A stretch of DNA of 64,000 bases from Candidatus Aminicenantales bacterium (lineage in GTDB: Bacteria > Acidobacteriota > Aminicenantia > Aminicenantales > Saccharicenantaceae). Of the stretch, positions 9,562 to 19,495 are shown piece after piece. The stretch lies in NCBI GenBank assembly GCA_049512315.1, contig JBEKXF010000015.1, positions 1 to 64,000 on the forward strand, in the 5' to 3' direction. The first letter of the stretch is position 1. The number at the start of each line of letters is the position of its first letter. The notes under the pieces were generated by a model. That model was not told the DNA's origin and made no database searches. It was given only the letters and a program-made list of their open reading frames with translations. The translations under genes were made by a program, and so were the position numbers.

Positions 9562-11081
9562 GACCTGTGATCTCCTTTCTCGGGACTCGACGGGAGGCCG
9601 GGTTTGGCCGGCGCCGCGGGGGGTTCCAGGGCTCCGGTATCATGCGTGAACTGGACCAGGGCCAGGAACCAGTCGGACTTGGCCTGGACGAGCTGGACCC
9701 GGCCGTTTTCGAGGACGGTCTCGGCGGCCAGCAGGTCGAGGATGCTGCCGACGCCCTCCTTGTAGCGGCCGAAAGCGACATCATAGGAAGCTCCGGCGCT
9801 TTCGAGGAGGTCCCGGGCGGTCCGGATCTTTTGCTCCGACGTCTTGAGGCCGTAGTAGCTCGTCCAGACCTGGAGCTCGATTCCCCGGCCGAGCTCGGTC
9901 ATCTGGTCCCGGGCCGTTTCGGCCTGGGCCTTGGCCGCCAGGACCTGGTATTCCTGGAGGCCGAACAGAAAAGGCAGGTTGACCGAAACGGAGATCGCGT
10001 AGAAGGGGTTCGAGACCGGGTTGCCCTGGTAATAGATGCGGCCGATGTTGCCGCTCAGCGAGAAGGCGGGGAAAAACGTCGACCGGGCTTTCCGGATGCC
10101 GGCCTCGGCCTCGAGGACGAGCGCCCGGGAGGCCGCCATGTCGGGGCGCTTGGCCTCGGCGTCCTTGATGCAGAGATCCACCTGCTTGGCGACCGTGTCG
10201 AACGGGATACTCTCGGGAAGCCCTTCAAAAACCTCGAAGCCGGACGCAGCCGGGAGCCCCATCGAGCTGGCCAGGGCCCCGTGGAGCGTCTGGATGAGCC
10301 CGCGCGTCGTCACGATCTGGAGGTCGATCGTCGAGAGGGCGGTCTTGGCCTGGAGGACGTCCGCGATGGTCGCGACCCCGGCCTTGTGGCGAGCGTCCGC
10401 GGCATCGTAGTTGGCCTGGGCCCCCTTGCGGTTCGTTTCCTGGGCTTCGAGAAGGGCTTTGGCGGAAAGGTACTGATAATAGACGCTCTCGATCTGGAGG
10501 ATGACGTTTTGGAAGACGGCGTTCTGGGTCCAGTTGGCCGCTTCCAGGGCCCGTCGCGCCGACTGGACGTCGGCCTCACGTCCCCCGAAATCGTAAAGCA
10601 GGAGGTTCAAGCTGGCCGTGGGAGTCAATGTCGTCAGGTCGACGATGAACCGGCCGCCGAGGTAGGCCATCTTCTGCTTGACGGCAGGGAGAGTCGCGTT
10701 GATCTGGGGAAGGTATTCGCCCAAGGAAATGCTTACGGCCGCCGAGGCCGCGCGCGCGGCGTCCCAGGCCGCCCGCGTCTGAGGATTATTCGACAGGCCC
10801 ACGTCGACGATATCGCTCAGCGTCCAGGCCCTCCCGGCGGATTGAAGATCGCCGGGAATCTGAGGCGAAGGAAGGGGCGCCGGAGGCCTGACTTCCTTGG
10901 CCGGCGGCAACCAGGGATGCGAGGGCGAATCCGCGGTCCTCTTGGTGATGCCGTCCATCGTCGCGCACGCGACCAGCATCGCCAGGGCCAGGGCTGCGGT
11001 TGCCGGCCTCGCGAAGAGGCCGAAACGGAAATGCGGGCGGGACGTGATCGGCCGGGTCCTGAATTTAACTTCTGCGGGCAT
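9558..11081 (-). CDS. TolC-family outer membrane efflux lipoprotein
   Basis: Lipobox LVAC; OEP repeats; RYKEGVGSILDLL; GGGAGG RBS before ATG 11081; overlaps adaptor start. Confidence 0.9.
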   Translation of the reverse strand: MPAEVKFRTRPITSRPHFRFGLFARPATAALALAMLVACATMDGITKRTADSPSHPWLPPAKEVRPPAPLPSPQIPGDLQSAGRAWTLSDIVDVGLSNNPQTRAAWDAARAASAAVSISLGEYLPQINATLPAVKQKMAYLGGRFIVDLTTLTPTASLNLLLYDFGGREADVQSARRALEAANWTQNAVFQNVILQIESVYYQYLSAKALLEAQETNRKGAQANYDAADARHKAGVATIADVLQAKTALSTIDLQIVTTRGLIQTLHGALASSMGLPAASGFEVFEGLPESIPFDTVAKQVDLCIKDAEAKRPDMAASRALVLEAEAGIRKARSTFFPAFSLSGNIGRIYYQGNPVSNPFYAISVSVNLPFLFGLQEYQVLAAKAQAETARDQMTELGRGIELQVWTSYYGLKTSEQKIRTARDLLESAGASYDVAFGRYKEGVGSILDLLAAETVLENGRVQLVQAKSDWFLALVQFTHDTGALEPPAAPAKPGLPSSPEKGDHRS

Positions 11082-11243
11082 TCTGAACCTCCCAGTCAGA
11101 GGAGCCGAGCGGGACTTCGGCATCCCGTTTGTTCGTTGACCTCCTCCTCGGTCGCCGGATATGGATATCCATAATCGGTCCATTATCGCAGTTTAGCGGG
11201 GACAATTCAATTCCCCGATGACGGAAAACGCGGCCCGATGGCC

Positions 11244-13424
11244 CTATTTCTCGGCGACCTTGGCCAGGGCGGCCTTGACCCTTTCCTTCGTCATCGGGAG
11301 CTGATACAGCCGGGCGCCCGTCGCGTCGAACACGGCGTTGGCCAGGACCGCACCCATGTTGATGATGGCCGGCTCGCCGCCTCCCGAAGGCGGGAGCGCG
11401 TTGTTTTCGACGAGGACCGTTTCGATCCTCGGAAGCCACGAAAAGCGCGGGATCTCGTAGGTGTCGTAGTTGAGGTCCAAGACTTCGCCGGCCTTGAAGT
11501 GGACCTCCTCCGCCAGGGCGTATCCCAGCCCCATGGTGACGCAGCCCTCGATCTGGATGCTCGCGCCTTCGGGATTGACGCACTGGCCCATGTCCTGGGA
11601 ACAGACGACGCGCTTGACCCTGATCCCGCCGGTCTTCTTATCAACAACGACTTCGGCGACGGCCGCGACGTAGGTCCCGTTGTAGTCCGCGCAGGAGAGG
11701 CCGAGGCCGCGCCCGCTCGGCGCGGCCGCCGGCTTCCAGCCGGACCTGTCCGCGGCCGCCGTAATGACGCGCCTCATCCGCTCGTTGGCCAGATTCTTCA
11801 GCCGGAACTCGAGCGGGTCCATCTTCGCTCGCGCCGCCATGATGTCGATCTGGGATTCGCGGGCGAAAACGTTGGTGTTCGAGCCGGGCGCCCGCCAGGC
11901 CCCGACCGCGAACGGATGGGCGCTGGGCGCTCCTGCTCCTCCCCCGCCGCCCCAGTCCCCGGCCGAAACCGTCCGGTGGTGGGGGATGTCGTAGAAATGG
12001 GACGAGCTCCGCTCGCCAGCGAAATAGACGGCGTAGTCCCAGAGGACGATCTTCCCCGCCGCGTCCATCCCGGACTTGATCTTCACGACCGCGGCCGGCC
12101 GGAACGTGTCCCAGAAGAACTCGTCGGCCCGGCTCCAGGTGACCTGGACGGGCTTTCCCGTGAGCTTGGCCAGCTTGGCGGCCTGGACGATCTGCCGGTG
12201 GGCCGTTTTCCCCCCGAAGCCGCCGCCGACAAAGGGCGAGATGACATGGACGTTCCCGGGAGGCAGGCCCAGCGTCTGGGCAACCTCGTCCCGGACCCGG
12301 AAAGGCGCCTGGCTCGAGGGCCAGACCGTGACCTTGTCCCCTTCGATCTTGACCAAGGCGGTATGCGTCTCGATGGCCGAGTGAGCGACATAACTGTTCA
12401 GGTACGTCTCGTCGAAGACGGCGGCCGAGAGGGCCTCGCCTTGCTTGAGGTCCCCGCCCTCGGCGACGGCCTTGGGTTCCGAGGCGACGCCGAGCAGGTG
12501 CTCAAAGATATTCTTGTCATCGAGCTTCGAGTCGGAAGGTTCGTATTCCGCTTTGATCCCGGCCAGCGCCTTTTCGGCGACATCCGGGAATTCATGAAGG
12601 GCGGCGACGAGGTCGTCGTCATGGGCAACCGTAACTCCGGCGATCTTCCCGGCTTCGGAGGCGTCGAAAGTCTTGAGCTTGGCGCCGTGGGCGGGCGGCC
12701 GCAAGACCTTCGCGTAGAGCATGCCGGGCACCCGGATGTCGCCGGCGTACTTGGCCTTTCCCGTGACCTTCTCGCGGGCGTCGCGATGGAGGACGGGCTT
12801 GCCCATGACCGCCCATTCGGAAACGGGCTTCGGTGAAGGTTTCGGCGTGATGTGCCGTTCGATTTTCTTTCCGGCGGCGAGTTCGCCGTAGGTCACCTTA
12901 TTTTTGGCGTTCGTCCTCTCGAAGACAACCCCGTCCTTGACCGAGAGCTTGCCGGCTGGGACCTTGAGCTTTTCCGAGGCCAGCTCGAGGAGCACGGCCC
13001 TGGCTTCGGCCGCGGCGGCCCTCAAGGCCGGGCCGAAGAAGCGCGTCGTCATCGAGCCGAACGTCCCCATGTCATACGGACAAAGGTCCGTGTCGCCCAT
13101 GACCATGTCCACGGAGGCCAGCGGGACGTCCAGCTCATCGGCGACCATCTGGGGCAGCGAGGTGATCGCACCCTGGCCCATTTCGATCTTGCCGGTGAAG
13201 CTCGTCACCCGGCCGTCCGGGCTGATCAGGAGGTAAGCGTTGATATCTTCGGGATAGGTCGGCCCGCCGGCCCTCCGCTGGGCCCCTTCCTGAAGGAGGG
13301 ACGCTTCGCCGAGCGTGACGCAGACGAGGATCCCTCCGCCCGTGAGTTTGAGGAAGCGCCGCCGGCTCAGGGCGTGGCTCGGGACGTTCTCAACCGGATA
13401 TTCGTCGAGCTCATCTTTTTTCAT
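11244..13424 (-). CDS. Xanthine dehydrogenase family molybdopterin-binding subunit (IorB-like), Tat signal
   Basis: SRRRFLK; GKIEMGQG, GTFGSMTT, GGGFGGK, WRAPG and GGGEP motifs. Start taken at MKKDE (13424). Confidence 0.92.
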   Translation of the reverse strand: MKKDELDEYPVENVPSHALSRRRFLKLTGGGILVCVTLGEASLLQEGAQRRAGGPTYPEDINAYLLISPDGRVTSFTGKIEMGQGAITSLPQMVADELDVPLASVDMVMGDTDLCPYDMGTFGSMTTRFFGPALRAAAAEARAVLLELASEKLKVPAGKLSVKDGVVFERTNAKNKVTYGELAAGKKIERHITPKPSPKPVSEWAVMGKPVLHRDAREKVTGKAKYAGDIRVPGMLYAKVLRPPAHGAKLKTFDASEAGKIAGVTVAHDDDLVAALHEFPDVAEKALAGIKAEYEPSDSKLDDKNIFEHLLGVASEPKAVAEGGDLKQGEALSAAVFDETYLNSYVAHSAIETHTALVKIEGDKVTVWPSSQAPFRVRDEVAQTLGLPPGNVHVISPFVGGGFGGKTAHRQIVQAAKLAKLTGKPVQVTWSRADEFFWDTFRPAAVVKIKSGMDAAGKIVLWDYAVYFAGERSSSHFYDIPHHRTVSAGDWGGGGGAGAPSAHPFAVGAWRAPGSNTNVFARESQIDIMAARAKMDPLEFRLKNLANERMRRVITAAADRSGWKPAAAPSGRGLGLSCADYNGTYVAAVAEVVVDKKTGGIRVKRVVCSQDMGQCVNPEGASIQIEGCVTMGLGYALAEEVHFKAGEVLDLNYDTYEIPRFSWLPRIETVLVENNALPPSGGGEPAIINMGAVLANAVFDATGARLYQLPMTKERVKAALAKVAEK

Positions 13425-13902
13425 GGCTTCCGGCTCCTTCCATGGCGGCGGCCGCTTCCTGAACGGCCATGACGATGCGCTGGTGGGCGCCGCACCGGCA
13501 GAGGCTGCCCTCGAGAGCATCGAGGATGTCCTTTTCCGCCGGCCGCGGCTTCGACTGCAGCAGGGAGTAGGCCGTGAGGATTATGCCCGGCGTGCAGTAG
13601 CCGCACTGAAGGGCGTCGTGTTTCATGAAGGCTTCCTGCAAGGGATGAAGGCGGCCGTTTTTCTCCAGTCCCTCGATCGTCAGGACCTTCTTTCCTTCGA
13701 TAGTCTTGAGCGGCGTCTGGCAAGAGCGGACAGCCTCGCCGTCGACGACGACCGTGCAGGCCCCGCAGAAGCCCTCCCCGCAGCCGAATTTCGTCCCCGT
13801 GAGGCCGAGGTCCGTCCGGAGGACCCAGAGGAGCATCCTCTCCGGGTCGGCGGAAAGGCTCACGGGCTTGCCGTTCAGAGTGAATCGGATGGTTCGGTCC
13901 AT
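13411..13902 (-). CDS. (2Fe-2S)-binding small subunit (CoxS/IorA-like)
   Basis: GCGEGFCGAC, QCGYC and LCRC motifs; overlaps the Mo subunit start. Confidence 0.95.
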   Translation of the reverse strand: MDRTIRFTLNGKPVSLSADPERMLLWVLRTDLGLTGTKFGCGEGFCGACTVVVDGEAVRSCQTPLKTIEGKKVLTIEGLEKNGRLHPLQEAFMKHDALQCGYCTPGIILTAYSLLQSKPRPAEKDILDALEGSLCRCGAHQRIVMAVQEAAAAMEGAGSHEKR

Positions 13903-13950
13903 GGATCTCCTCTTCAGCTCAATGAGATGATGTCCTAAACCCTGAATAAA

Positions 13951-13979
13951 AAGTTATCACTATCCCGGCGGGATGTCAA
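13951..13979 (-). promoter_or_regulatory. Putative sigma70 promoter for the Mo-oxidoreductase operon
   Basis: TTGACA-N17-TAACTT with TG extension on the minus strand. Confidence 0.45.
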
Positions 13980-13993
13980 AGACCGTTGCGAAG

Positions 13994-15778
13994 TTAGGTT
14001 GCGGGGTGGAGGCGCCTGTGAAGCCAGACGCGCATGGCCTTCATCCGCTCGACCTGGTAAGCCGGGGCCCTCCGCCGGCAGGCCGCCCTCTCCGCGCTCC
14101 CTTCGGGCGCCCCCCACCTCGTCTCGATGCAGTCGTTCGGGTTGTAGCCCATTTCGAGGGCCTCTTGCCGCTCGAAAACATCTCCGAGTGTCAGCGCTTG
14201 CGGCTTGCCGTCCGACCGAATGTAGGTGATGGTGAGCTCCGCGGCCCACTTCTTCTCAAAAGCCAGCATCTCGTCTCTCACCGCCTCGGGCGCCTTTTTC
14301 TCCGGGATTCCGAATGCCTTCGGGTTCTTCGCCACCTTGTCCGGGAATTCAAGGATCGTATCGATGCCGATAAGCAGACGCAGGTCCCTGTTGGGCGTCG
14401 AGAAATCCTCCCATTGCCCCGTGGTCTGGAAAACGGCCGAGCCGCCTGCCGGCATCGGGATGACCGCCCCCGGATGGGTCTTCATATAGTTTTCGCCGAC
14501 GGCCACGGATTCGACCCTGACGATCAGCTGCTCATGGAAAGCCCGGAACATGTCCCGGAAAGCGCTCTCGGCATCGAGGGGGTCCGGGTTGATGAGCTTT
14601 TCCATGGCCGCGTAGAACGCCCCGGCGGACATCTTCTCCTGCTCCAGGGAGTAATTTCCGTAATCGGGGCCCCTCTTGATCTCCTCGTTCGTCAGAAGCC
14701 GAGGCCGCCCGCCCTCGAGGACAATCGGCCTGAAGGCCTTGAACCCGGGCTCGCCGACCACCTCCCGCGTGTTGAAGAGGAAATTCCCCTCCCAGAAGCG
14801 CTTGATGCCGATCGTGCCGTCGGGCTGGGCGTCGACCGCCAGGAGCAATCCCGGGCTCTTTCCCGTCTGCGGCACCCAGCGGACGATCGTCAGTGTATGC
14901 CCATAGGGGTCGGCGAACACGGCGCCCGGCCTTAAGTCTTTTCGCGCCAAAGGCAGGGGGTAATAGTCGGACTGGTCGCTCTTGAATTCCATCCGTCCGT
15001 TGCCGGCGTGGACGGTGTTCTTGACGACGGGGAGCATGCGGGCGAAGGCTTGCGCCGGGTTCCCTCCTCCGCCGCCCAGGGAATCGTTGGTCCACCAGCG
15101 TAGGCCCCGGGGCATCGCAGCCAGAGTCCCCCAACTGCACTCGTAGAAACCGAACGGCAGCCCCATTTTCCAGGCGAAATAGGCCCGGAGGTAAAACGGA
15201 TTGTCGGCGCAGTCCGGCGTCATCTCGACCCGGTTCCGTCCGCCCGGGTCGTCTTCGCCGAGCCCGAGGTGGTCGAAGAGGAGGTTCCTTTCCGGGTCGT
15301 CCACGGCCTCGTGAAGGGACGGCCACGAGGAGCGCTCGTCGGTGCCCAAGAACAGAGCTTCGAGCCAGGCCGAGTAGAGGTTTTCCTCTAGCCTCGTCCA
15401 GCCCCTCTCGTTATCCCAGACGCCCCGCGTCTTTTTCGTCCGGAGTTCAGAGGACGGGACGTCGAGCGCGGCGCTCCCGGCGTTGCGGCCGTCTTTCGTC
15501 ACCGCGACCGTGTAACGGCCCTGCGGACCGACCCGGAATTCCGCCGCCTGCCAGAACGGCGGCCCCCCTCCCCTTCTGGCTTTCAATTGAAGAAGAGGTC
15601 CGGCCGGCCCGATAACCGAAATCCGAAGCTCCCGGAAAGCCGTCTCGAAGGAGGCCAGGACTCGCAGCGTATCCCCTGGCTTCAGGGATTTCGGTGACAG
15701 GAGAAGGCCGGGAGGTTGAGGGATATCAGCGGCTGCCGCGCCCGCGCCGGTTCCCCATGCCGCCGCCGACAGGAGCAC
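13994..15778 (-). CDS. Exported hypothetical protein with possible papain-like Cys/His pair
   Basis: 594-aa ORF with genome-typical codon use; PDCADNPFYLRAYFAWK and PYGHTL motifs; start uncertain. Confidence 0.7.
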   Translation of the reverse strand: MLLSAAAWGTGAGAAAADIPQPPGLLLSPKSLKPGDTLRVLASFETAFRELRISVIGPAGPLLQLKARRGGGPPFWQAAEFRVGPQGRYTVAVTKDGRNAGSAALDVPSSELRTKKTRGVWDNERGWTRLEENLYSAWLEALFLGTDERSSWPSLHEAVDDPERNLLFDHLGLGEDDPGGRNRVEMTPDCADNPFYLRAYFAWKMGLPFGFYECSWGTLAAMPRGLRWWTNDSLGGGGGNPAQAFARMLPVVKNTVHAGNGRMEFKSDQSDYYPLPLARKDLRPGAVFADPYGHTLTIVRWVPQTGKSPGLLLAVDAQPDGTIGIKRFWEGNFLFNTREVVGEPGFKAFRPIVLEGGRPRLLTNEEIKRGPDYGNYSLEQEKMSAGAFYAAMEKLINPDPLDAESAFRDMFRAFHEQLIVRVESVAVGENYMKTHPGAVIPMPAGGSAVFQTTGQWEDFSTPNRDLRLLIGIDTILEFPDKVAKNPKAFGIPEKKAPEAVRDEMLAFEKKWAAELTITYIRSDGKPQALTLGDVFERQEALEMGYNPNDCIETRWGAPEGSAERAACRRRAPAYQVERMKAMRVWLHRRLHPAT

Positions 15779-15865
15779 GAAAAAGCAGGCCGATAGGGAG
15801 AGTGACGCCGCCCGGAACCGGAGGGACCTTATCGACGCCGGAGAATGGACCGTCGGTTTCCCGCC

Positions 15866-16336
15866 TTAGAAATAGTACCGGAAGCCGACGCCGCCGCCGA
15901 TGGCGCCCTGGGTTTTGGGCGTCAGGTCGAGCATCGGGGCGATCTCGACAAAGAGCTCGATCGGAACCCGCTGGAACTCGTAGGAGATGCCGATCGGAAC
16001 GCGGAAGCTCAGCCGGGCGTCGCCATTGTTATCCTTCGTCTTGAGGCGCGCGCCGAACCCGTAGTAGAGGGCCATCCGGCCCTGTTGGACGCGGAAGACG
16101 TCGAAGCTGTGAAAGAGGATGTCCCCGTGGATCTGGAAGGACGAACCGTCGGCGAACGACCAGGCCGCGGCCGCGTCGAAGGCAATCGTCCTCCCCGTCC
16201 AGTACTTTAAGCTCACCCCGGTGGGCTCGCCGAAGATGATCCCGATCCCGAGCGGGCCTCCTGTTCGGCCCGTCTGCGCCTGCGATATTCCGGCGACGGC
16301 CGCGAGCAGAATGATGATCAGTGCGGTTTTTTTCAT
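15866..16336 (-). CDS. Small outer-membrane beta-barrel protein (DUF3996/BAPKO_0422-like)
   Basis: Signal peptide; LGIGIIFGEPTGVSLK; amphipathic strands; C-terminal RYYF. Confidence 0.75.
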   Translation of the reverse strand: MKKTALIIILLAAVAGISQAQTGRTGGPLGIGIIFGEPTGVSLKYWTGRTIAFDAAAAWSFADGSSFQIHGDILFHSFDVFRVQQGRMALYYGFGARLKTKDNNGDARLSFRVPIGISYEFQRVPIELFVEIAPMLDLTPKTQGAIGGGVGFRYYF

Positions 16337-16462
16337 ATCGATGACTCCTTTACGAATATTCAGATGGTCAGGTCGGCGTTCATGACGTTAGTAGAAAAAT
16401 ACCAGAAAATGGGGAAAAACTCAAGCCCACCCCAGGTCTCCAATTACGTTAATTACGGTGGC

Positions 16463-16537
16463 AATTACGGTGACACACAACTAAATACACTAAATAGGCG
16501 ATTGTCCTATTTCGGTAATTAGTTGTGTGTCACCAAA
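16463..16537. repeat. GGTGACAC-type palindromic intergenic repeat, copy A
   Basis: 16-bp inverted repeat GGTGACACACAACTAA (16469-16484) / TTAGTTGTGTGTCACC (16519-16534); near-identical to the copy at 22619-22694. Confidence 0.9.
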
Positions 16538-16562
16538 ATACTGGTACAATAGTCGTCCAAAC

Positions 16563-17825
16563 ATGACGCTTTTCGACCGCTTCAGGACCCACGCCCGCCG
16601 CCGGGAAGCTTTCGCTTTTCTCCGTTACATCGGCCCCGGGCTCCTTGTCACCGTGGGGTTCATCGACCCGGGCAACTGGGCCGCGAACATCGCGGCGGGC
16701 GCTCTCCACGGCTACGCCCTCCTATGGGTGATCACTCTCGGGACCCTCATGCTCGTCCTCCTCCAGCACAACGTGGCCCACCTGGGGATTGCCACCGGGC
16801 TTTGCCTGTCGGAGGCGACGACCCGGTACGTCCGTCCCGTCCCGGCCCGGCTCATCCTCGGGAGCGCCGTCCTGGCCTCAGTCTCCACGGCCCTGGCCGA
16901 GGTCCTGGGCGCGGCCATCGGCCTCCGCATGCTCTTCCCCCGCCTCCCCCTCCAGGCCGGGGCCGTCCTGGTCACGGCGTTCGTCCTGGTCATGCTTTTC
17001 ACCAATTCCTACCCGAAGCTCGAGAAGTGGATCATCGCCTTCGTCTCGCTCATCGGACTGGCGTTTCTCTACGAGCTCGTTCTCGTCCACGTCCCCTGGG
17101 GAAAGGTGGCCGTCTCCTGGGTCCGTCCGGAATTCCCGCCCGGCTCCATGCTCATCATCATGAGCGTCCTCGGGGCCGTGGTCATGCCGCACAACCTGTT
17201 CCTCCACTCGGAGATCATCCAGAGCCGGCAGTGGAACCTCAAGGACGAAAAGGTCATCCGGCGGCAGCTCAAGTTCGAGTTCACCGACACGCTCTTTTCC
17301 ATGGGCGTCGGCTGGGCCATCAACAGCGCCATGGTCATCATCGTGGCCGCGACCTTCTTCGGGAAGACGGCGGTCACGGAGATCGAGCAGGCCCACGACA
17401 TGCTCGGGCCCCTCCTCGGCGGGACCGCGGCCCTGGTCTTCGCCGTCGCCCTGATCCTCGCGGGCCTCTCCTCCTCGATGACGGCGGGCATGGCCGGGAG
17501 CACCGTCTTCGCCGCCATCTTCGGCGAGACCTACGACATCAAGGACTTCCACTCGACGATCGGCGCCGGCCTGACCCTGGTTGCGGCGACGGTCGGGGTC
17601 TTCCTCATCGGCGACCCCTTCAAGGCCCTCCTCCTGTCCCAGATGCTCCTCAGCATCCAGCTCCCGATCACGATCATCACCCAGATCCGCCTGACATCGT
17701 CCTCCGCCGTCATGGGGAAATACGCGAACCCTCCCCTTCTCAGGGTCGTCCTCTGGGTGGTGGCGGCGGTCGTCATCGCCCTGAACCTGATGCTTTTCCG
17801 GAGCCTTATTCTTTCTCTAATCTGA
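16563..17825 (+). CDS. mntH: Nramp-family divalent metal (Mn2+) transporter
   Basis: GFIDPGNW and VMPHNLFLHS signature motifs; about 11 TM helices; TGGTACAAT extended -10 just upstream. Confidence 0.9.
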   Translation: MTLFDRFRTHARRREAFAFLRYIGPGLLVTVGFIDPGNWAANIAAGALHGYALLWVITLGTLMLVLLQHNVAHLGIATGLCLSEATTRYVRPVPARLILGSAVLASVSTALAEVLGAAIGLRMLFPRLPLQAGAVLVTAFVLVMLFTNSYPKLEKWIIAFVSLIGLAFLYELVLVHVPWGKVAVSWVRPEFPPGSMLIIMSVLGAVVMPHNLFLHSEIIQSRQWNLKDEKVIRRQLKFEFTDTLFSMGVGWAINSAMVIIVAATFFGKTAVTEIEQAHDMLGPLLGGTAALVFAVALILAGLSSSMTAGMAGSTVFAAIFGETYDIKDFHSTIGAGLTLVAATVGVFLIGDPFKALLLSQMLLSIQLPITIITQIRLTSSSAVMGKYANPPLLRVVLWVVAAVVIALNLMLFRSLILSLI

Positions 17826-17846
17826 CGTTCCGGGCCCGAATCCGGC

Positions 17847-17875
17847 TTGACTGGGCCAGGTTCCCGCGGTAATAT
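17847..17875 (+). promoter_or_regulatory. Putative sigma70 promoter for the radical SAM gene pair
   Basis: TTGACT-N17-TAATAT. Confidence 0.5.
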
Positions 17876-17932
17876 TTGAAGGGGGTTAAAGGGAAATCCG
17901 TCAACCATTCCATTCCATGTGGGGGGTGCGGC

Positions 17933-19495
17933 ATGGAAAACCACGGCGTCAGCGCAAATCGAAGTCAGGAGAATCAGAGCGCAGTCCCGGCCAGGGAGCC
18001 GAAGGTCCGGGATGTCCGGAAGGCCTTTCTCTCCGCCGGGCTGAGGGCCACCGCCTGGGCGGCCCCGGGGCTGGCCAGGCTCGGGTTCGTCCGAAATGCC
18101 CTGGTCCGGTCAATGGAGAACAATCTCCGCCGGTCGAGCCTCCGCACGGCCGAAAGGGGCACGAGGCCGGCCCGAATCATCGAGGACAGGATGGAGATAA
18201 GCCTGGCCATCTTCAAGACCATCGAGAGGGCCCTAGCCGGGAACAGGCTCAGCAAGGCCTCGATCCGGGGGGTCATCAAGAACCTGGCCCACGACGTCAT
18301 CCTCAAAAAGGGAGAACCAACGGCCCGGGCCGCGTTCATCGAAGCCCATGGGGTCCGGCCGCCGGAGATCCTCCTCATCAGCCCGACGAAGTTCTGCAAC
18401 CTCAACTGCAAAGGGTGCTACGCGGATTCGACGGCCGTCAACGAGAAGCTGAGCTGGCCCGTCCTGGACCGCCTCGTCAACGAGGTCCGGACCCTCTGGG
18501 GCGGCAGGTTCGTCGTCTTCAGCGGGGGCGAGCCGCTGGCCTACAGGGACGACGGGCACGGCGTCATGGACCTCGCGGAGAGCCACCCCGATGTCTTCTT
18601 CATGATGTATACGAACGGGACGCTCATCGACGAAGGAACCGCCCGCCGCATGGCCGGGATGGGCAACCTCATGCCGGCCATCTCCATCGAGGGCCTGAAA
18701 GAGAGGACGGACGCCCGCCGCGGGGACGGGGTCTTCGACCGGATCGTCGCGGCCATGGAACGCCTCCGCCGGGAGAAGGTCCTCTTCGGCCTGTCCATCA
18801 CCGCAACGAGGGAGAACGCCGAGGAGATCCTCTCGGACCGGGTCATCGACTTCTACTTCCATGAGATGGGCGCCCACTTCGCCTGGGTGTTCCAATACAT
18901 GCCCATCGGGAGGGCCATCACCCTGGACCTCCTGCCCACGCCCGAGCAGCGTCTCTGGATGTGGAAGCGCTCGTGGGAGCTCATCCGGGAACGGCGGCTC
19001 TACATCTCCGACTTCTGGAACGGCGGGACGGCGGCCCAGGGCTGCATCGCCGCCGGACGGGCCGGCGGTTACATGGCCGTCTGCTGGAACGGGGACGTCG
19101 TCCCCTGTGTCTTCATGCCTTATTCCCCGGTCAACGTCAACGCGGCCTACGCCGACGGAAAGACGCTCAACGACGTCTGGGACGACCCGTTCTTCCGCAA
19201 GGTCCGGGAGTGGCAGATCGCCTACGGCTACGACAAAAAATACGAAGATAGCAAGAAGATCAGGAATTGGATGATGCCCTGTCCCATCCGCGACCACTAC
19301 GAAGAGTTCCACCCCATGCTCTTGAAGTACCGACCCAAACCCCTTGACGAGAACGCCGGCGCGGCCATGGACGATCCGGATTACCGCAGGGGGATAATCG
19401 AGTACAACCGGGCCGTGGCCGACCTTCTTGACCCGATATGGCAAAGAGAGTATATGAACCCGGACCACAAGATTTCTCCCAAGGAGCCGGGATGA
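17933..19495 (+). CDS. Radical SAM protein with SPASM/twitch-like C-terminal domain
   Basis: CNLNCKGC, SGGEP and YTNGTL motifs; GCIAAG...GDVVPCVF...PCP. Confidence 0.9.
   Translation: MENHGVSANRSQENQSAVPAREPKVRDVRKAFLSAGLRATAWAAPGLARLGFVRNALVRSMENNLRRSSLRTAERGTRPARIIEDRMEISLAIFKTIERALAGNRLSKASIRGVIKNLAHDVILKKGEPTARAAFIEAHGVRPPEILLISPTKFCNLNCKGCYADSTAVNEKLSWPVLDRLVNEVRTLWGGRFVVFSGGEPLAYRDDGHGVMDLAESHPDVFFMMYTNGTLIDEGTARRMAGMGNLMPAISIEGLKERTDARRGDGVFDRIVAAMERLRREKVLFGLSITATRENAEEILSDRVIDFYFHEMGAHFAWVFQYMPIGRAITLDLLPTPEQRLWMWKRSWELIRERRLYISDFWNGGTAAQGCIAAGRAGGYMAVCWNGDVVPCVFMPYSPVNVNAAYADGKTLNDVWDDPFFRKVREWQIAYGYDKKYEDSKKIRNWMMPCPIRDHYEEFHPMLLKYRPKPLDENAGAAMDDPDYRRGIIEYNRAVADLLDPIWQREYMNPDHKISPKEPG

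Noticed and set aside
5340..13472. Long plus-strand ORFs (e.g. 6009-7250, 9567-11174, 11238-12836)
   Set aside because: Antisense shadows of clearly identifiable RND, TolC and Mo-enzyme genes in high-GC DNA
16441..16537. Possible CRISPR array or Mn-responsive riboswitch upstream of mntH
   Set aside because: No repeat-spacer periodicity. The same hairpin occurs at 22.6 kb beside unrelated genes, and no yybP-ykoY consensus is evident.
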